DNA of 64,000 nt from Tubulanus polymorphus (Eukaryota > Animalia > Nemertea): contig NC_134026.1 of the NCBI RefSeq assembly GCF_964204645.1, forward strand, positions 14,294,150-14,358,149. Direction: 5' to 3'. The translations under genes and the position numbers were made by a program. This document shows positions 25,641 through 38,789 of this stretch, one piece after another (the first letter of the stretch is position 1; the number at the start of each line of letters is the position of its first letter). The notes under the pieces are model-generated. The model was not told where the DNA came from. It did not search any database and saw only the letters and a program-made list of their open reading frames with translations.

Positions 25641-27104
25641 GACTGGTTGCCTGTCCCATTCAATATGGGATAGGTTTTGTCCGTCCGCCATCTTCCGCAG
25701 ATTTTACGGATCCAATCAGATTTCAGTATTTCATCACGTGAACAATGTAACATGGCCGCCTACACTGTCTCGATTTACGTTCCATGGACCTCTTTAAAGT
25801 AATTTTTTATACCAAAGAAGAAAGAAATTCCATTAAAACTGCCAGGTAACGCTTCTGCAAACTCATCATCATCAGTTACAGCTGCGCCAAGATGTTGTGT
25901 ACTTTATTTCTCCGCTGCTCACGATCTGATAAACTGATCAGGTTTAAAGAGCTTGATTCTGTGAATAACTGCACTAGCGAGCCTTCAATTTGAATTGTGA
26001 TTGGATTATCTGTCTGGTCGAGACATGGTCTTTATGATTCTAAAGACACTATCATTCAAATCAGGGATATCAGGATCGTCCCAATTTGTCAATGAACAAA
26101 AAAACTACTGTTCGATGTCATGAAATACAAAGTGTCATTGCTTATTCTCTTGTCAATTGCTTATTCTCTTGCCAGGGGCTGAACAAGATTTTGTACCAGA
26201 AGTGAACAATGAATATTGAATTCAGTGAAAAAGAATTGGTCGTGATGAATTTTATAATCGATTTCTAGCGAAGTCAACATTGACATTGTGTGGTCCATGA
26301 GAAGAGAGGATATTGCGTATTTTCAATGTGATCTGAGTAACTTGTCTTGACCAAGTCTCTTAATTTGACTGTCCCAACTTGCTGTCTGTATCAGGAAATC
26401 AGTAAGCTGAGGTGGATCCAAATATCTGATCTCACAAAGCACTAAGGAGTTCAACAATTGTAAACTTTATTCAGATACTAAATATAGTCATTTTACAACA
26501 CTGTATTAAAACATCCATTCACTAAATACATCTCACGAACGGTAGAAAGGATGTCCTCTGTTCCTTCAGAATGTTCTGTATTCAGTGACGGTTGCGGCAG
26601 GGCTCACCTCGCATTAGATTTCGATCCTTGTTAGTTTGTATTCCGAGTACCAGGTAAATTATCAGCGGATTTATTTGATACTTAAGCAATTAATGTCTTT
26701 CCGTCCATTGTTAAGGGCAATTTTGATATCGCTCGAAGCTAAGCAGATTAGAAGAGACGCCATCTTAACCAGGAAGTAACTTGCTACTTTACATGTTTGA
26801 CCTTATTTGACATGCATCGAAAATGCGAGGATCGGCACAACCGGTCTCTAATTGAAGATAGAGACCGGTAACCAGTCTAAAAATGGTATTGGCTACTATA
26901 CAATAGGCCTATACTGGCTATAGTCAGACAAATAAAAGCCGGTAGGCTTTCGTAGCTTCCACTCTTCACAACCGAATTGTGTTTAGTCCCAGTAAGTACG
27001 CGCCAACCGGCACAGGCCTAACACTGTTTGTCAACTGTGTGTACTGTAGTAGGCTATCGATGAACACCTGATACTTTTCTGTCGTTTGTTTTCTCTGAGA
27101 TGAA

Positions 27105-30100
27105 CATCTACATCACATCTGTTACGTTGCAGAAATCCAATAAGGCATCAACAGCAACGGTAGAGAGAGCGGGGCGGAAATTTAGATGGTGGTAGCGCCG
27201 ACGCGCGATTTAAAGGCGTCGACGGTTTCTGCTGAAACTTGATGATTGGCTAGATGGTTCCAATCGATAATTGTTCTCGGAAAGAAGGAATGTCTGAATT
27301 GCTCCGTTTGACAGAACTGGACCTGGAAACACTTAGAGTTGTTTGTGACGAAACTCTCAGTACGATTGTCGGTTTCAAAGTCTTTAAGGTGGCTTGCTAG
27401 CCTGACTCTGCGCCTATTTGGCCGGATTGGCTTTAAATACTGGTTGGCTGGCATAGCTGGTACTAACCCCTCAACCACCCTGTACGGAAAAGTCAAGCGG
27501 ATCTTCTTAGGGCGTTCCTCCAGGCTTGGTATACAGAGTCTGTTGAGCATCATGGTGATTACGCGACTTATAGTCCTGTGTAATGAAGCGCGCTGGCTGT
27601 TTTTGAATGCGTTCGAAACGGTCGATGTCCGACCTGAGGTGCGGGTCCCAAACCGACGCTCCGTACTCGAGTATTGGACGATCCAGCGCTAGGTAGGCAG
27701 TGCGCCTACTGTTTTCGGTACAAGTGGCGTAAGTTCCTTCTTAGGAAACCGAGTGTAGAGCTTGCTTTCTTGACGATACTGTATATGTGCTTGCCCCACC
27801 TCAGGTCTTCTGATAACAGGAGGTCAAGATATGGGCTCGACTGAACCTGTTTGAGAGCCACGTTATCTTAGAAATAGAGGTACTGCGACTTTTCACGGAC
27901 GCGGATGATATAACACTTGCGTGCGTTAAATTTCACGCCCCATCGGAGGGCCCAATGTTCTAAATTCTCTAAATCCTGTTGGAGGGTTTTATGATCCTGG
28001 AAAGTTTTTATAGTTCGATAGAGCAGACAGTCGTCTGTGAACAGCCGCACTTGCGACCTAACAACGTCAGGGAGATCGTTAATGTGCACTAAAAATAAGA
28101 GCGGACCTAAGACAGTTCCTTGCGGAACTTCAGATCCGACATGCGCATCTTCAGACGATTCGCCGTCCCTAACGACTGTCATGGTACGATTACATAAAAA
28201 ATCGGACAACCAGTCAAGAAAATGACCACGGATACCATAATTCGTTAGCTTTGACAATAGTTTATTATGCAGAATGGTGTCGAATGCCTTACTGAAATCG
28301 AGTACCGCTATATCCACTTGGTTTCCAGAGTCATATGATGTGAGGAGGTCATGTGTGATGGTGAGTAGCTGCGATTCACAAGAATAACCACTACGAAAAC
28401 CGTGGTTCAAATCGGTCAAAATTGAATGATCCTCAAGGTGAGTACGTACGTGGCGGTAATCTATGTGCTCTAGTAACTTACAGCACACCGACGTGAGAGA
28501 TACCGGACGGTAATTTTCGGCAAGGTGTTTATCGCCCTTCTTGTAAATACTAGAGATGTTGGCGCGACGCCAGTCAGATGACAGGAGCCCAGTGTCCAAT
28601 GATCGCTGGAATATTCGTGTCAACATGGGTGAGATGTTATCGACACACATCTCTAATACCATGTTCGGAATACCATCCGGACCGCATGCTTTTGATGGAT
28701 TAATGTTCGTGAGCAGTTTCTTCACTCCAGTTTCGTCAACTATGATACCGCGGATATCTCGGTAATTATTCCCAGTTATACTTGTCGCATTTGGTGGTTG
28801 GTCATCAGAAGTTGAGAATACCGATTTAAACTGATTGAGGAGAATCCTAGCTTTACTTTTTCCATCGCAATGCAGTTTGCCATCTTCTTTTAGCGGTGAT
28901 ACGCCAACGTTGCCTCTGCGCCTAGACTTAATATACCTCCAGAATGGCTTAGTGTCTTTATTGTCCAGACCGGTTTGGATCGTATTATTGATATGATCCC
29001 ATTCTGCTTTACGTATCTCCCGTCTGCAGTCTTTCTGGAATTGACGATAGGTTTTCCAGTTTTTCCGTTTTTTAGCTTTCGCATAGAGACGCTTCTTACG
29101 ACGGAGAAGCTTCCTGATGGACCTGTTTACCCACGGTAGGGATTTTTTACCTCGACAGGTTTTAGACGGAATATGCCGGTCAACGCTCGCTTTTAAGATT
29201 ACTTTTGAAAAAGTCCCAGAATTCTTGAGGACCTCGGCCGCTTGCATACATTTGTTCGAGATTTGGAGTAATAACGCTTAGATTCGCTCGGAGCTTGTCC
29301 CAATTTGCTCGTGCAAACTGGTAATAACTTCTGCGTTTAGGCTTAACATAGTATGGTTTCGTATCAATGTCTGTAACCACCATATGGTGGTCTGATATAC
29401 CGGTATGGAGGTAGAAGCTTTCACTAGGTTTGGATCAGACGTGAAAACCAGATCAAGGAGATTTTCTTCTCTCGTGGGCTCACGATGCACCTGAGTTAGA
29501 TACGCTAACGTGGTGATATCTATAAGACGTTGTTGAGTTTCGCGATCTGGGCATGGGGCAATAGTAATGGCCGTGTCCCAGTCGATGTCCGGGCAAAAGT
29601 CACCAGCGAGTAAAATATGCTTTGGCTGAGGGCAGTTGGTAATCGGTCCCAGCATTTTTTCGAGATATAAAATACACCGATAATTATTTCACTGCTATTT
29701 TGAAGTTTTACTTAAGCCCAAACCGACTCACTATTTGACGATATATCAAGGAGTTCTTTCAAGATAAGCTGGTTGTTATTAAGGAGAAAAAACGCCACCG
29801 CCTAGGATACTACGGTCATTGCGGTAGGGTATATAGTCTTCCGGAAATAGTTCGGCCGATTTGATGTCAGGACTTAGCCACGATTCGGTGCCAAAGACAA
29901 TGTCGGGTTTTATATAGTTTATAACTGCTGCAAATTCAGCACTCTTATTTCTGACACTCCGACAGTTTACGTTAAGAATTCGGAGGTTTCCTCTATCACG
30001 CGGTTGGTTATGTGCAGAGTTATGCGGTTCACGCGGTGGAGACCTTTGACTGTAGTGACGTTGAGAGGAATGAGCAGATCTACTAGATCTATTAGATCTT

Positions 30101-30922
30101 GCACCAGGGGTGCTAACTTTGAACGGACTAAACGATGAACTGAAGACTGAGTCGACTGACAAGTTCTGGTCATTTAGAGGCCAGTACGGATTTGAGTTGT
30201 TTAACTCGTACGACCTGAATGTAAAGCTCCCGCAGTTTACACTGTCGCATCTGAGACGTATCCATGACACAGTTGAGCAGTTCAAGAGATCATAGTCTTT
30301 GGTACAATGTTCTACACATGACGCATGGATCCAAATATCGCAGTTGTCGCGCGCAACGCCTCGTTCTTCCCATTTTACCGGGTCGTTGCAATAGCCACAT
30401 GGGTATATGCTGCGGTTTGGTTGGCCAGGATTGAATTCGATGTCACCTGACATGAGGAGTATTAGTATATCTCAATGAATTGAAGGGTTTGGTCGACTTA
30501 TGAGGCCTTGTGCGGTTCACAGGGGATGACTGGCTCATTAAGTTACTTGATGAGCAGTAGGACGGTTCAATTATGTCTGTTGACATCTCATAATTATAAC
30601 GGTAATATAAAGTCACAAGGAGTAGAAGTAAACAAACACCAGGCATTCTTGTCGCCGCCATTTTGATGGTCGCCGCATCTTGAATTCTAACGGGGTGGTA
30701 TATTGGGGCCAGAAAACCAGCCAGACCAGGTGTTTTTAGCAAGCCATAGCGATTATGACACTTCAAACAGAATAACTAAGCATTGTTCTTCAGTCTATGA
30801 TAATAACTGTCTTCGAAAGGCTTGTAGAACGGTGAAAAAGCAGCTACGAAAAAAGCGATTAGCAGCTACGAAAAAAAGCCGCCATTACGAACAGCGCCCT
30901 GTCTCTCCCGAACGTAATTCTA
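27105..30922 (-). mobile_element. Non-LTR retrotransposon (RTE-X/CR1-like), near full length: 2A-like peptide, PHD finger, APE endonuclease, RT; frameshifted
   Basis: YPCGYC...CDIWIHASC; ILNVNCRS, GTESWL, GGGVF, AGDF, LDLVFT; KACGPDGIP, NYRPVSLTS, DFSKAFD, VPQGTVLGPLLFL, LFTDD, SFFPRTIIDWN. Short-repeat 3' tail; splits the repeat seen intact at 1-385. Confidence 0.9.
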
Positions 30923-31134
30923 GTAGCCATCCGCGACTCAACGACCTTGATTTAAACTTGATCAATTCAAATCCGTTTATTGACGCTTTTGGTTACATGA
31001 ACTGATCAGCAATATACTTAAATGAAATAACCGGAATAACAAGAAATCAAAAATATTAAAGAGGAGTAAAAGGGATAATAGGGGTTCAGGCCAAAGGTCG
31101 AAAGGTCTAGCTCATACAAAATGAAAAAAATGAA

Positions 31135-31845
31135 AATAATAACAATTTCTACTTTAATTACTCGCGAAACTCATAAAAAATGAAAAATAATTCTCGCACA
31201 CTCGAATTTATTTTTGATTTTAAATGAGTTTCACTCCTAATTCAAATAGAAATTATTATTATTTTCATATTTTTCATTTTTTACTCACTCTCCCTTTCAA
31301 CCTTTAACCTGAACCCATATTATCCCTATTACTCTTAAAATATTCATATACATGAATAAAATATAAATGAATAACATATATAAGTAATTGGGGTTTCAGA
31401 TCAGAGGACGGAGGACGAGCTCTTATAGAATAGATAAATAGATATATTTTAAACATATTTCAATATTTATATTTGTATGAGTTAGATTTTTAAACATTAC
31501 AAGTGTTAGTAAAGTGTGATCAAAATAATTCATATATATATATATATATTTTAAAATTTAGTATTAAAATGGAAGCAAATAAGTACTACTGTTCAACATG
31601 TAATATCAATATAGATAAATCTCAAAAAGCAAGACACAATAAAACTAAAACGCATTTAGAAAATAAATTAAAGTTAAAATATGAAGATGATATATTAGAA
31701 ACTAAATTAGATGAATTAAAGGATGAAAAAGAAACATATAAATGTGATACATGTAATCAATCATTCAGTGATAAAAGATATTATAATGAATATTTAAAAT
31801 CTAAAAGTCATATTAGAAATATGAATAATGATATTTTAGGTGAAG
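31135..31845 (+). repeat. Left arm of a ~700-bp inverted duplication (partner 38015-38765), covering the Maverick upstream region and the pPolB start
   Basis: Both arms encode MEANKYYCSTCNINIDKSQKARHNKTKTHLENK and share GGGGTTTCAGATCAGAGGACGGAGGACGAGCTC. Confidence 0.9.
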
Positions 31846-33215
31846 ATTATTTTGATAATGATAAGAAACATTAGATAATTAAAAGAATAAGAAATAAATT
31901 AAACAATAAAATACCATACATGGAAGATGTAAGAAATTATATTAATTCATTAGATAATAAAACAGATATAGAAATAACCGAAGCATTTAAAAGTGATATT
32001 GGTCCAGCAGCTATTGAGTTTAAATTTCATTAAGGAAAAACATTAGAAGAAAATAAAAAACATTTAGAAAATATGAAAAATATTATAAAAATAATAACTG
32101 ATGTTGAATATCCTAAAATAAGTATTTCATCAAAAGTTAAATTTATAAAATCTGAAGATAAACCAATATATAATATAAATTCTCATTCACAACATATAAT
32201 ATCTAAACAACATATAGATGAAAAATTAGATAAATGTTATAATGAAGTAAAAACTAAAATAGAAGAGAAATAATTTGAAGGATCTGGTTTAATATTTGTT
32301 GAAATAATATTAATAACTTTACATGTTTATAACACAAAATAAAATAAGTTAACTAAATCAAAACCAATTGAAAATAATTTATCATATTATAAAGATGATA
32401 GTATAAATGGAACAAGTTATATTAAACTACCATTTAAAACTAATGCTGTAATAAATGTACAAAATTTTGATGATAAATGTTTTCTATGGGCAATTAATTA
32501 TAAGTTATATATATAATTATAAGTTGCTTACACCCAGTTGAAGTTTATAATAAACATACTTATTGATTAACAAATTATAATAATTTTGAAAATAATTATA
32601 AGATAGACAGTTATCCTGTTAGAATTAAACAAATACCAAAAATAGAAAGAGATAATAATCTAAGAATAAATGTATTTGATTTAATCAAATTACCAAATAC
32701 AAAAGGTGATAAAATTGAACATTATCAAAAGATTATGATTCAAATGGTGTTATAGATATACTTACTATATTATGAAAATCATTATATGTGGATTAAACAA
32801 TTAGATTTATTCTTTAGAACAGAAAGTGATCACCATAATAAAATATATCTATGTAGAAAATGTTTACATAAATTCAGTAATGAAAGTACCTTATCAAATC
32901 ATAAACAATTATGTGAAAATCATGATTATTGTAAATTAGTTTTACCAAATGAAAAAGATAAAATATTAGAATTCAAAAATATGATTACAAAAATAAAGTA
33001 CCATTTGTTATATATGGAGATTTTGAATCATTAAATAAAGAAATAACTGATCAAGATAGAAAAGAAATATATTATAAAAGAAGGAAATTAAATTCTAATG
33101 AAAATGATTTTTCAGATGAACCACCAAAAACAAATACAATTAAAAAGATTCATCAATCAGCTGCAGCTTTCGGGTTATATATAAAATCTGATTATCCAGA
33201 ACTTATTCAATAAAA
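31569..33215 (+). pseudogene. AT-rich Maverick pPolB, N-terminal half
   Basis: Two Zn fingers, FEGSGL, AVINVQNFDDKCFLWAI, HYMWIK, CRKCL...H...C, VPFVIYGDFES (ExoI, across a frameshift). Confidence 0.85.
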
Positions 33216-33381
33216 GATTACAATACTACAGAAGATATTAAAACTGATATTATTCAACATGACATACTTAAAACTGATAATGATAATAAATCCCATGAAA
33301 ACGCTACATTAGCTATAACTTGTAGAGGAATTGTAATAGAATGAATATTATATTTTAAATTTTAATTTTTTTATTTCATAA

Positions 33382-34580
33382 ATGGAAGTAGAAAAGATTG
33401 AAATGGATCATTTAGATGAGCCTGTTATAAGTGATGAACAACCACCTGATTTTAGTGAAACAAGTTTTAGCAATGATAATAAAACAGCATATAATAATAA
33501 TTTAAATAATGATGAAGATGATGATTTTGATGATGATAAAATTGATATCGTATCACTAAAAATATTAAATGAAATGAAAATTAGAGTAACAGGTGCAGTT
33601 GTAAACGAAATATTACCAAAAGTTGTAATAGGTAAAGTTGGTTCAGAAGAAATTGTAAAACAAATTATAAATGATGACCCATTTTTCATGGATAATTTAG
33701 AATTTAAAAATGATGCGTGGTATTATAATCTTGAATTAAATGGTGAAAATGTAAAATTAAAATTATCTAAAATGTTAGCAAGATCTACAATTAAACGTTC
33801 AAAAGGTGGTAGAGAATTTCTCAGAATTATATGGAATGGACTCGATAGAATAAATGAAGAAGAACCAATTCCTTAATTTGATATTAACAAATATTCACCA
33901 TTTAAAAATCCAAATCCAAATCCTACTTATGATCCAGAAATGGAAGAGTATGGAGATCGATTAGATAAATTAAGGTCTTCAACACCCGAAACATCGAGAA
34001 GAGATATTCAACAAATTGATAATGATTCAAGTCAATTACAATTAGTAAAACATTTTGATAACATGTTAGATACAGTTCATTCATTTGAAGAAGAGATGAA
34101 TAGTGTTTTAGATACACCCGGTGCTGAAACTGGAATAAATCGAATACAACTGGAATAAATCGAATACAATCATTACTAGAAAAAGGATTATTTGATTTAA
34201 CTGGTGATGAATTAGAAGCATTTCCTGAACAAGCACGTAGAGAAATTAAAGGTATGCAAGAATCAGCTGATAAAATTGCGCATGAAAAAAGTAAAAGCGA
34301 TATTAAAATTAGAACTTTAGAAAAAGAATTAACTGATAAAAATAAAGAAATAGAACAATTAAAGTCTGATTTAGATCATCGAGTAATTGATGAAATAGAA
34401 TATAGGCAAAAAGAATTACGTTTAGAAAAAGAAAAAGATGATTTAGAATATAATATAGAATTACAAAAAGAAGAAATACGTTTTATATTGAAATCTGCTG
34501 GGAATATTCTTAACTTTGCTGCTGAACATATTATTTTATTTTTAATTACAGTTGTAAGTGCAATTATTTTTGGGTTAGTG
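33382..34580 (+). pseudogene. Maverick/adintovirus pX-like (GasderminX-type) coiled-coil membrane protein, internally deleted
   Basis: Acidic N-terminus with ETSF, a long coiled coil, and C-terminal FILKSAGNILNFAAEHIILFLITVVSAIIF, resembling the recalled C-terminus of this family. A paralogous start lies at 50244 (-). Confidence 0.55.
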
Positions 34581-35666
34581 TTAGTTTATGTTCCAAATAG
34601 TATTTATTTATCAGCCGATATAAAAGTAACCGGTAATAATAATAATTATGTTGTTGATGTTGAAAGATATTTGATTAAAAAATTAACTAAAAAGATCGGT
34701 CCAGAAACAGTTTTCTCATTAGATGATTATAATTTATTTATGCATTATAAAGATTTATGGTTAACTAAAGAAAATATAAATAATATGATATTTCAAGGCA
34801 TCCAATCAGAAAACCAAAATAAATTAAGATCAGAAGCACATAATGCAATATTAACTAATGCTATAGATAAATTGATAAAAAGTATATATGGAAGCAAATA
34901 TAAAATTCCATTAGACTTTGAATTGATAAATAATAATGCGCCTTTATATATATACGCAATTCAAGAAGATATTATATTCGAAATAACATTTGCTCCTGTA
35001 AATGAAATTGTAATATCTAGCGTTAATAAAGATATGGGTTATAAATTATCGAAGATATGTTTAGAATATGATACAGTAACTGATGAAAATATTTCAAGTA
35101 TAATTCAAACTCAATACAATCAAGGATTTTCATTATTATATGATTATATTGATAAATTTAAAACTGTAACTATTAATGCAAGTGATGAAATTATTAATGA
35201 GAATATTAACTTCCCAAGAAGATCTATTAATCAAGGTATATTAATATTTTTTACCATTGCAACATATACTAATGGTTCAATAAATGTTGATAATTATTAC
35301 AATCCTGAAATAACAAAAGTAGAAATAACTATCGAAGGAATAGCAAATAAAATATTTTGTCAAGGAATGAGAATGATAGATCAATGGCCAAAAATTAGAA
35401 AACATTTTATGAATGAAAAAGTAAAATCATCTGAAAATTGTAATATTAATCAAATTGATTATTATACCGGTAATAAATATGCATTATGGTTAGATTTTAG
35501 AACAACAGAGGATAATTCATTACATGGTTCTGGAAAAAAAATACAGAACACTAAAGATGGAATACAATTATTCATGACAAAGAATAAAGGAATCAAAAAT
35601 TTTAAAATGCACATTTATATTATATCCATTAATAATAATTTAGATTTAGTTTCAATGACTTTATGA
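34580..35666 (+). CDS. Polinton/adintovirus major capsid protein (double jelly roll), N-terminally truncated and fused in frame to the upstream gene
   Basis: VPNSIYLSADI, YKDLW, YGSKYKIPLDFEL, FEITFAP, ICLEYDTV, YNPEITKVEITIEG, KYALWLDFRTTEDNSLHGSG, all typical of invertebrate Polinton MCPs (recall). Confidence 0.75.
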
Positions 35667-36396
35667 TTTGATTTATTTTCTGGTATAATAGGTTTATTAT
35701 CATTGGAATCATCTTTATCATCAGATTTGAATTTTGATTTATATATTACACCAGAGAATATAATAATTGTGATTAACCCAATTGTAATATATAAGTAATT
35801 ATTTCGTCCACTATTAGAAGAATCAGATGGATTATTATTTGAATCAATATCAGATAATTTCTGTGATTCATTTATATCAGTTAATTTCTTTTTCTTAGCT
35901 TTTTTTAATTCTGCAGATCTTTTACCTAATTCTCTGGCCCATTTAATTTGTTTCTCTGCTCTAAATTTTTTCTTAACATCATCACTCATTTATTTTAGTT
36001 GTTTTTTGTTTTGGTTCATTTTCTGTTTCACCGTTTGGTTGTAGTACAGCGTCATCTGTTTCGTTCTTACCTGATTTATATTCCATAGGCTTGATATTCG
36101 AAAATGTTATGACGCCAGTAGAAATTAATGTCATGACCGATCCTAATTGAAATGAAGCATAACCAACCCATTTTTGTAATTCAGTCATAACTAAGTAGTC
36201 ATTTTTCAAATCACTATATAATTTATTTTCATCATCAATTGGTATAAACCGGTTACATAACTTAGAATAACATTTGACAATACCATCTGAAATAGAATCA
36301 TTTATTCTAGCTAATCTAGCTTCTTCATAAATCTTAAAATATTTTATTACTTTATCGGGTTTTATCGGCATTATTCTTACTCGATTTCTTTGACAT
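35615..36396 (-). CDS. Two adjacent Maverick hypothetical genes (helical protein; single-TM basic protein)
   Basis: ORFs 35982-36371 and 35615-35989. The same gene pair recurs at 42231-43127 (+) and, decayed, at 49413-50180 (+). Confidence 0.65.
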
Positions 36397-36669
36397 TTAT
36401 ATTAGAGGAAAAAGCTAAAAAAATATTATAAGTATTATAAAATGATGCCAGTATCTCTTTAGGATAATACTAGCTTAGTTCAGTTAAATATTTTAGTATT
36501 AGTTATTGTTTTTTTAGTATTTTTTATTTGTGATATAAAGTATTCTCTTTTGAAAAGAAATAATAGATTTAAAAAAAATTAAAATAGAAATAATGGATAG
36601 TTGAAGTTATTGTTGAAGTTATTGTTTTTTTATTATATTTTATTTGAGATATATTAATCTTTAACCACT

Positions 36670-37419
36670 TATTAAAGACTCAACGTATTGTTCATTATTT
36701 GGATTATTGTTCCATAATTCAATGAATTTCTTTGCTTTTGTTAACTGTTCTAAATATAACTTTAAATCTAGTGTATTAAATTTTATTTTTATTTTCTTTC
36801 TTTTCAAGAGGTCTTAAATTTTTCCAATTCCAAATAAGTTTTTTATTGTATTCATCATTCATGTTAAATTTAGATATCGGTAACGTATGATCAATATGAA
36901 AATAATCTCCATAAATATCTATATTCATTTTATCATCGAATTGATATATAATCCATGATTTGAGAAGTACATCTGAACAGTCTAGCAAATTAGATAGTGT
37001 AACTGAGTGTTTATCTTTACTGAATAAATGTGTTAATCTAGAACTTAAACATTGTTTCACTTTAAAATTAAAATCTGTTTTATATCTTTCTTTTTGATAC
37101 TTTTTCTTATAATCATTATAATATTCTCTATTATTATCCCTCCATTCTCTCATATATTCTGGGTGATTTTCTCTCCATTGTTTATTATGAGCTTTCCACT
37201 TTTCACTATCATCTATATAATAATCTGGATTATTTGATAGAATTTTTTACAATTTTGTTTATTACAAGTTTTGCAATTATAACTTTTGCTATCTTTAGAA
37301 TATTTATCTTTATTAAATTCTGCTAATGATTTATTTATTTTACACTTAGAACATGTCTTCTGATATATATTTATAACACTATTTGTAATATTAATAGTTT
37401 GTGATTGTTCTGGCCCCAT
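36670..37419 (-). pseudogene. HNH-type endonuclease with an N-terminal Cys4 finger, copy 1
   Basis: KTCSKC...F.KD....CKTC; YGDYFHIDHTLPISKF...WNWKNLRPL...EN. Confidence 0.75.
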
Positions 37420-38014
37420 TTATATTACATATTTTTATTAAAATTGATTTCCATATTTGGAGTTATGATATTTTGATTTAAGATGGTGTGATTTATTGCT
37501 TCGAGTATAATATTTTCCACAATTACATAAAACGCTTTCATTAGGATTATATTTAGGTGCAATAATTTCATCATCTCTAATTACATTGAGTTCCAACATG
37601 TTTAAATGATTTTTCATTATCTAATTCACATTGAATACCAAAATTTGATGAATTTTCATTCTAGATAATTGGTTTATCATCAAAATTTAAATAATATAAT
37701 TGTCTTCAATTCTTAAGTTAATCAAATCATTGTAATCTTTAGAAAGTATTAAATCATCATTTCGTTCAGTGAAAGGAGTTTCAAGAATATTTATAATTTT
37801 TTCATCTTAAATTCCTTTATGATTTAAAACTGTATTAAATATATTAGGACTTTTGATTCCATTATCTATCAGTTCAATAATTAAATATGCTTCATTTGAT
37901 AATATTTGATTGATTATAGAAATATCATCAATTTTATATTGTCTTCCATACACTAAATTTGTTGCTGAGATATGGTTTTTAATGTTAAATAAAGAAAATA
38001 AGTTATCATTATTC

Positions 38015-38765
38015 ATATTTTAATATGACTTTTAGATTTTAAATGTTCATCATAATATCTTTTATCACTGAATGATTGATTACATGTATCACATTTATAT
38101 GTTTCTTTTTCATTCTTTAATTCATCTAATTTAGTTTCTAATATATCATCTTCATATTTTAACTTTCTTTTATTTTCTAAATGCGTTTTAGTTTTATTGT
38201 GTCTTGCTTTTTGAGACTTATCTATATTGATATTACATGTTGAACAGTAGTACTTATTTGCTTCCATTTTAATACTAAATTTTTTTTTTAAATTGATTTT
38301 ACACATTTTATTCATTTATATGTTATTCATGTATATATATATATATATGAATTATTTCAATCACACTTTACTAACACTTTTAATGTTTAAAAATCTAACT
38401 CATACAAATATAAATATTGAAATATGTTTAAAATATATCTATTTATCTATTCTATAAGAGCTCGTCCTCCGTCCTCTGATCTGAAACCCCACTTTTCTTA
38501 TTACTTATATATGTTATTCATTTATATTTTATTCATGTATATGAATATTTTAAGAGTAATAGGGAGAATAGGGGTTCAGGTTAAAGGTTGAAAGGGCGAG
38601 TGAGTAAAAAATGAAAAATATGAAAATAATAATAATTTCTATTTGAATTAGGAGTGAAACTCATATAAAATGAAAAATAAATTCGAGTGTGCGAGAATTA
38701 TTTTTCATTTTTTATGAGTTTCGCGAGTAATTAAAGTAGAAATTGTTATTATTTTCATGTTTTTC
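38015..38765 (-). repeat. Right arm of the inverted duplication (partner 31135-31845)
   Basis: Near-identical reverse complement of the left arm. Confidence 0.9.
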
Positions 38766-38789
38766 ATTTTTTATGAGTTTCACTCCTAA

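Noticed and set aside
25800-26520. Possible decayed transposase or tyrosine recombinase inside a repeat
   Set aside because: No continuous frame or diagnostic motif could be recovered by eye.
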